NCBI GenBank assembly: GCA_951406725.2
Contig: OX597822.1
Coordinates: 10,106,001-10,170,000, forward strand
DNA length: 64,000 bases
From: Octopus vulgaris
Taxonomy: Eukaryota
Direction: 5' to 3'
Made by a program: the position numbers and the translations under genes. Under the pieces are notes generated by a model that was not told the DNA's origin, searched no databases, and saw only the letters and a list, made by a program, of their open reading frames with translations. This document shows positions 56,489-64,000 of the stretch, in pieces. Position 1 is the stretch's first letter. Every line of letters begins with the position of its first letter.

Positions 56489-56675
56489 TCAGTAGCTCTC
56501 GACTCTATTTGCTTTTGCTTTGTTAGTTTTTAGTCTTATGATGTTTGTCTACGATATATTTCTTCTTTGTTTTCTCTTTAAAAATGTTCGTCTCATTGAG
56601 ACGTCTGATTAGTATTCACGATCACACTTTAGTTATTTCCAGTGAATTTCCAGTGACCCTTGACCAGACGTAAGT
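56489..56675 (+). promoter_or_regulatory. Candidate initiator and non-coding first exon
   Basis: Unique sequence after a GA-rich tract; TCAGT at 56489 and donor-like GTAAGT at 56670. Motifs only. Confidence 0.2.
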
Positions 56676-56939
56676 AACCTATTTGGATGGAAAGCGAAGC
56701 ACACACAGACGGATAAGAATGAAGCGGTTTGGTCATTTTAACTGATTTCTTTATTTACATTTCCCTATCTTTCCCAGTAGTCGAAGTGACCATAAAATGA
56801 CGTTTGGTTTGCGTCTGAAGTTTCTTTGCTTTTTAAAGGGGAGAAGCGTAGAAGGAGGTCAAAGGTTTCCGTTCTACTACTCTCTCATTCTCTTTATTTC
56901 TGTTTTTCACTCTCACCTTCACTTTGATTACTTATACAA

Positions 56940-57005
<66 letters not shown>

Positions 57006-57008
57006 GCT

Positions 57009-57040
<32 letters not shown>

Positions 57041-57304
57041 AACATTCATACATACACACTCACACACACATACATACATACATACATATACATATGTACA
57101 TAAATCATATATACATCTATGTACGTATATTACTCGCATTACATATATACACACATGTATACATCCTTACATGTATATATACACGCACATTAGACGCACG
57201 TTTGGTGTTTGTATATATAAATATGTACGTACACAGAAACAGAGTTTGTAATTTACAATTAAAGGCTGTCTATTTCATCTTTGTGCTGTATAAGTTTCTA
57301 TCTA

Positions 57305-58584
57305 CGAGGCCTGATCAATAAGTATCCGGACTGGGGCTATAAAAACAAAACTACAACACGAACCAATTTGGCATTTAATCTTCTTCAAAGCAGTCCAATC
57401 CGGAAGCCACACACTTAATCCATCGCTGTTTCCATTGATGGAAGCATTCCTGGAACTCGTCTTCTGGGATAATCAGCAGCTACCTCGTCGCATTCGCTTT
57501 GATTTCTTCGACATCCTGTAATCTTCTTCCTGTCAAGCGGGATTTGGTCTTTGTAAAGAGGAAAATCACGCAAGGACGAGATCTGGGGAATACGGTGACT
57601 GTTGGACCTGGGGAATGGTGTGCCTACCCCAAAACTGCTGCACAAGCGGGCAGGTGCGTTGTCAGCTGAAAGTAGTTTGGGCACAAACTTGGCAGACACG
57701 CGTCTCATACCGAAATCTTCAGTGATATTGGATTGAACTGAACTGTAACTAATCTTTACATCCTCTGATTACTTACGGATGGTGATTCGACGATTTCCCC
57801 TCGCAGCTGCACGCACATTCGCAATGTTTCTCTCAGTTCTGTTGCTTGCGGGTCTCCCAGAACGTTTTTCTTTCTGTTCTTTTCATTTACTTGTTTCAGT
57901 CATTTGACTGCGGCTATGCTGGAGCACCGCCTTTGGTCGAGCAAATCGACCCCGAGACTTATTCTTTGTAAGCCCAGTACTTATTCTATCGGATTCTTTT
58001 GCCGAACCGCTAAGTGACGGGGACGTAAATACACCCGCATCGGTTGTCAAGCAATGCTAGGGAGACAAACACAGACACACAAACACACACACACATATAT
58101 ACATATATACGACAGACTTCTTTCAGTTTCCGTCTACCAAATCCACTCACAAGGCATTGGTCGGCCCGGGGTTATAGCAGAAGACACTTGCCCAAGATGT
58201 CACGCAGTGGGACTGAACCCGGAACCATGTGGTTGGTTAGCAAGCTACTTACCACACAGCCACTCCTGCCACACAGCCACTATCGACATTTCTTCGTCTC
58301 ATACGCTCCTCTCCATACATTGCAACCTTGCGTAGACCTCTGAGCAGGTATCGCCAAGCTTTTTGCAAAATTTGATCAAAATTCATGGTCAATGGGACGA
58401 CGATCGCAAGCTACACACGTTCCTTCCAAGCACTGCTGTAAACAATAGAAGTGAGCTAGAACGTTAAAACTTTGTGCACATGTACACCAGAGTTCAAGGT
58501 CAATATGTGCTAAGTGGGTTTACTCTGCGTGATTTAGCTTCGTTACTATAGCAACAATCCGGAAAACCTATTTATCAGATCAAG
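57305..58584 (-). mobile_element. Decayed mariner with nested SINE
   Basis: TIR CGAGGCCTGATCAATAAGTATCCGGA with a degenerate partner at 58557-58584, TA flanks, MRRVSAKFVPKLLS. Confidence 0.85.
57881..58269 (-). mobile_element. SINE family A nested in mariner
   Basis: Matches the other family A copies. Confidence 0.92.
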
Positions 58585-58585
58585 T

Positions 58586-58626
58586 ATCTATCTATCTATC
58601 TATCTATCTCTCTATCTATCTATCTC

Positions 58627-58679
<53 letters not shown>

Positions 58680-58687
58680 TTATCTAT

Positions 58688-58747
<60 letters not shown>

Positions 58748-58815
58748 CTATTTATCTATCTATCTATCTGTCTCGCTATCTCTCTATCTGTCTCTCGCTC
58801 TCTCTCTCTGTCTAA

Positions 58816-58895
<80 letters not shown>

Positions 58896-58925
58896 TTATC
58901 TATATGTCTGTCTGTCTGTCTAATC
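58586..58925. repeat. (TCTA)n microsatellite
   Basis: Direct reading. Confidence 0.93.
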
Positions 58926-59012
58926 TATAAGTAAGTATATATTTATGTAAATATACAACTATAAATGCACGTATATATGTATATATATGTATAGTTAATC
59001 ATATGTATATAT

Positions 59013-60349
59013 AAAGGGTTGAACAAACAAAACACAACAAGGAGAAAGAGTCAGACGAAAGCAGAGCAAACGGGTAACCCGAAGAAAACTTAACGGACGG
59101 GAAATACACAATACATGGAACATTCGCAGCTGAGTTTTCCTAGTCAGTCAATGAGCCAAAATATCATAGTGGTTTCGCGCCATTGCCATTGAGACTACTC
59201 AGTCTTGGAGGCGTCAGTGCTGTTATTAAACTACTAGGAAAAAGCTAGCGAGAGGAAAACTCAGTTGCAAATATTCCGTGTATCGTGTCTTTGTTTATAT
59301 TTCCCGTCTGTTAAGGTTTCGACTAGTTTCCCGTTTGCTCTGCTTTCGTCTAATATTTCCTCCTTGTTGTGTTCCGTTTGTTCAAACCTTGATACTTCCA
59401 CGTACCGCAATGCACACCCTGTTTGTTTACTTTATTGTAAAAGATATTTCTTGAATATTGATTGTGTGACTCAACTCTCTTTATTCTTACTCTATCTCTT
59501 TCAACCTCTACTCTCACTCTATCTCTTTCTCCACACTTTTTCTTTCCGCCCTTGCACCTTTCTTTTCTCCCTGTCTCTATTTCTTTGTTCTCTCTCTTTA
59601 CGTCCCCCTCTTTCTCATTTACTCTATCGCTTTCCACGTCTACCCTTATTCTATATTTTCTCCACTCTTATCCTCTTTTTTCACCTTTCCTTGCTTCCCT
59701 TATACCTTTCTCTTCTCTTTCTTTCACTCTGTTTCTTCACTCCCTCTGCTCCTTTGTTCTTTCTCTCTGTATCCCATTCTTTCCCTCTCTCTATACTTCG
59801 TCTTTCCTATCACGTGACCGGTGTCTGGTGAAGGCGGTTTGGTTCTTTTTCGCTCTGCCTTTGACGAGACTGGTCATGCTGGTCAGGGCTCCTGCTACGT
59901 CCATTAGGACTTATTCCATTTCACCTAGCGCAACCCCACTAAGTTCGTTAGATAGCTGCAAAGCATTTTCTGTTGTATTTGTATGATTATAATTTATTCT
60001 TCTTCTGTTGCATATAGCCGTAAGGCTCCGTGCTGTTACAGATGCATAATTCTTCATCTGTTGTATTTATACAATGTCTTATTTGTTTCTGTCTCAGTAT
60101 ACATTCGCTAGCTTTTTCCCAGTAGCTTAATAATAGCACTGGCGCCTCCAAGATTGAGTGGTCTCAATGATGATGGCGCAAAACCACTACGATATTTTGG
60201 CTCATTGACCGAAGAAGAAAACTCAGCTGCGAATATTCTGTGTATTGTGTCTTTGTCTATATTTCCCGTCCGTTAACTTTTCTTCTAGTTTCCCGTTTGC
60301 TCTGCTTTCATCTAACTTCTTCGCCTTGAGTTCTGTCTGTTCAACTCTT
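59013..60349. repeat. Three-copy inverted/direct repeat structure
   Basis: 59013-59251 is inverted relative to 60105-60349; 59253-59390 is a direct partial copy of about 60213-60349. Confidence 0.8.
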
Positions 60350-61149
60350 GTGTGTATCTATGTTTGTGTGTGCGTAGAACAAAAAAGAATCTGGTGTATT
60401 TTAAGTCGGCACCATCTTCTAGACAAAGATGAATTAGGCTAGATCATTTCTATTTCCTTTGTCTTTCCATTTTGCTACCAATTATATTTTTACCAGCTCT
60501 TCCCCTTGTCATTTTCTGTTATTTTTAGATGAAGGATTTACACCCGAACCGTTAAAAACATTTCTATTGTATAAGCGTTCAACTAATACCATTCCATATT
60601 ATTCATAATATTCATAACGTTATTTGCATTTCGCGTTTTCTTTTATTCTAGTGACTTTCAATTCCATAATCAATGTTTAGGCAGTAGGATTTCGCCCGGA
60701 ATATCTTAAGAAGGAAGTGCCTATGATCTCTTACACCTCTTCCAAAGCTAGTGAGACTGAGGGACGCAAGCCTGCAATAAAATGGGTTTCGATAGATTTG
60801 CCAACATCGGTCTTCAAACCGAGCAATCGATTAAGTCGAAACTAGAAGCGTCCTTTAATTGTTATATCTCTTCAAATTATATCTTGATTTAATCATTGTG
60901 CATTGCTTTGCACTTTTATCCTGAGTAAATATTTCTCTTTTCTATGTTGTAAGCTGTCTTACACCCCTCACTTTACATTTGTAAAATAGATTGTTTTTTT
61001 TTGTGAAGAGATACTTTCTATATCTCTTCGAGAACTTGTCGCTTATAAAGAAAAATATGATTATTTTATCGACCCCGAAAGAATAAAAGATAAAATTGAT
61101 CCCGGCAGTATTTGAACTCGGAATGTGAAGAAGGACGGAATACCAGAAA

Positions 61150-62175
61150 GGTACAGTCCCCGTGTAGATGGTGACTGGGAGGACAGGAATTATAATGAGA
61201 GATAGAAGAAAGGGGAATATTGTGGATAACTACCGTCCGTAGCATGCCTAGACATAATCTGGAAGATACTCACTGGAATATGTGCGGCAAAGACATATGC
61301 TTTCCTGGCACAGGAAGAAATACTACCAAGGGATGTAGGAAGCATTCTCAGGATACCAAGGATCACTTGAACATCGATAAAACAATTTTGAGTCATTGTA
61401 AAAGAACATCATACAAACATGTCTATGGCTTCGATTGACTTTAAGAAGGCATATGATACGATGCCTCATTCTTGGATCGTTGAATATCTGCAGATGTTTG
61501 GTGTTGCTGACAATATCAAATTTTCTGATGCATAGCATGAAAGAGCGGAAAACCAAATTTTATCAAGAAATGCATTCTTTGGAGAAGTTAATAATAAAAA
61601 GGACATCTTCCAAGGGGACTCGTTTTCTCAGTTACTATTAGTAATTGCACTAATATCCATAACACTTAGGAATGTTGAGATGGGTTACCGATATGGGAAG
61701 AAAGGCCCATCATTGAACCATCTTCTGTTTATGGATGACCTGAAATTGCTTGAGAAATCTGAAAAACGGATAGACTCTTTAACCAAAACAGTCCAGAAAT
61801 GTGGTAGGGACATCGGTATAGAATTTGGGATTACCAAATGCTCAGTACTTAATATGAAAAGTGGGAAGAAAGCAGCCTGCAGAGGATCGCGGTTACCATC
61901 AGGAGAGACCATGGGTGAACCCGACGGTAGTGGGTATAGATGTTTAGGGATTTTGGAGAGCTGGATGACATTCTGCACGGAGAAATGAAAGTCAAGGTCA
62001 GCGAGGCGTATCATAAAAGGGTGAAGACGGTATTGAAATCCACTCTGAATGCCAAAAATTTGATTACCGCAATGAAAATCTGAGCATTTGTGGTGGTTCA
62101 GATATAATGCGTCCATCCTCATATGGACTAAGGATGGAATATTAACACTGGATAGAAGGACGAAAAAACTGGTGA
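61150..62175 (+). mobile_element. R4/Dong-like non-LTR reverse transcriptase remnant
   Basis: IDFKKAYDTMPHSWI, GIFQGDS-like, LNHLLFMDDLKL and FGITKC; many frameshifts. Confidence 0.8.
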
Positions 62176-62179
62176 CGCT

Positions 62180-62775
62180 GCAGTTTTTTCGCCCCACACA
62201 TAGTAATCCATGGGATTAAAATGGAGGGAATTAGGGCAGAAATTGCGGGTGGTAGAGTTCTAGAAATTCCTTGACAATCACTTATAACTCTTTCCGGAGG
62301 TAAGGCAAGAAGTCGTATACTGCTTTCATACCTATGCCCTTCCAGCCGCAACCCTTTTTAGCTAAGGTTTAACCAGCCTCTCTAGTAAACTTCACATATC
62401 CGTCTGAATTGAATTCTCATTCAAAGATGTGAGGCGGCATGGCGTCACCCTCATTGGAGACTTACACAAAGACCATCTTAGCTTGGAGGAAATTGGTTTT
62501 CATGATACGTGGGGCGTCACATGGATTGTAAGCACAAGCCACCTGTTGTTCTGGGTGTTATGTAACTGGTCCTGGCAGAATTTCTTTTCATAAGAGATGA
62601 ACCAGATCATCCCCAGCTCAACATGATGACTCAGCTTGTTCAGGAGCTTGTTTGCTTTCGTTACGCGGTTCCCCTCGGTCTTGGCTGTCAAAATTTGTCG
62701 CTTGCACCTCTTGTACAAATGATAATAAAGGTCCATATTCATGGTGGAGACTCCAACACCTACCTCTTGCCTATA
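62180..62775 (-). mobile_element. Tc1/mariner maT (DD37D-like) transposase remnant
   Basis: WFISYEKKFCQDQLHNTQNNRWL (compare FSDEKxF..NxQNxR) and PNSLHFNPMDYYVWG (compare WPPNSPDLNPLDYxVWG). Confidence 0.75.
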
Positions 62776-63014
62776 TGTATGTGAGGGTAACATAATGTTT
62801 TAGATATTTAAAATATTGCTTATTTAATGAATACGTGTTATATATAAATTTCTGTATTTATTTCGTGTTTTATTAAATTTTAATTCGTCTCTTGTATAAC
62901 ATCCTCACTTCTCCCCATATTTATATAGACACATTTATTTAGCTTCGTACGTATTGTAAACACCATTGTCTTCAAAGTTCATTATATCTAGGGCCCTTGT
63001 GGCTAATACTCAAA

Positions 63015-63047
63015 TTGATGTTGTTGTTATTCTTCTTCTTCTCCTTC

Positions 63048-63145
<98 letters not shown>

Positions 63146-63166
63146 GTTATTATTATTATTATTATA
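63015..63166. repeat. (TTG)n(TTA)n microsatellite
   Basis: Direct reading. Confidence 0.9.
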
Positions 63167-63456
63167 ACTTAATCAAATAAAGATGTTCTATGGGAAGTAT
63201 TGATTGTCTGTCTCATTAGAATGGAGAATAATGTAAATGCAGATTTACCAAAGAAATCTCTGGAGAAAGAAAATTAATTTTCTCTCTATTTTTTAAAAAT
63301 TTATTTTGTTTATTTATTTATTTACCTTATTTATTTATTGAACATTTCAGTTCTTGAATTCCCATGTTAAATGTTGCTCTTCTTTCTTAACTGATTGAGA
63401 AGTAAGTAGGAGGAGAAGAAAAGAGGAGGAAAGAAAGGAGCAGAACAGATATATAG

Positions 63457-63459
<3 letters not shown>

Positions 63460-63515
<56 letters not shown>

Positions 63516-63652
63516 GACAGAGAGACAGAGAGACAGAGAGAGACTGAGACAGAGAGAGAGAAGAAGAAGAAGAAGAAGAAGAAGAAGAAGAAGAAGAAGA
63601 AGAAGAAGAAGAAGAAGAAGAAGAAGAAGAAGAAGAAGAAGAAGAAGAAGAA
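63460..63652. repeat. (GA)n(AAG)n microsatellite
   Basis: Direct reading. Confidence 0.93.
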
Positions 63653-64000
63653 TGTGGTCTTGTTGATGTTCGTGGAGGGAGCGGTGGTGGTGGTCGGTTT
63701 AGTGTTGTGCTTACTGGACTATAAGATTCCAGTAAAGATATGCTCTTCACTTCCTTGACTCTTGACCACTGTTGACATTAAGCACTTCCAGACGATTTGA
63801 TTGCAATCCTGTTGACTGACCAGTCTATCGGTGCTGGTAGTAGTAGAGTAGGTCTTGTGGTTTAGCACTGGGTCAGCTCTGTTTCAATTCTATTCAATTT
63901 GTTCTGGTAGTCAGCACAACTTTAAGGCATGGGAACAAATGGTCGTGTATGTAGGGGACACAGTACATTGCTTTACACACTGTGTGTGTGAAGGATGGTT

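Overview
AT-rich, microsatellite-saturated eukaryotic non-coding DNA. The repeat content (tRNA-derived SINEs with a CORE-like block, long (TA)n/(CA)n tracts) suggests an octopus/coleoid intron or intergenic region; this is an inference. No intact host protein-coding gene is supported, and nearly all listed ORFs are microsatellite read-throughs. The window holds at least three SINE families (25 or more copies or remnants), fragments of two CR1-like LINEs, RTE-like and R4/Dong-like non-LTR fragments, a Penelope-like RT-thumb plus GIY-YIG remnant, decayed mariner and maT elements, MITEs, two non-autonomous Helitrons and an 11-copy 59/61-bp minisatellite. The most notable pattern is a set of short non-coding units next to (TA)n tracts. 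Several carry type I hammerhead-ribozyme motifs: one with intact core and stems at 20710-20768, two more with intact cores, and about eight decayed. Several form local fold-back palindromes. I interpret this as a non-autonomous Penelope-like or retrozyme-like system. All alignments and folds were done by eye.
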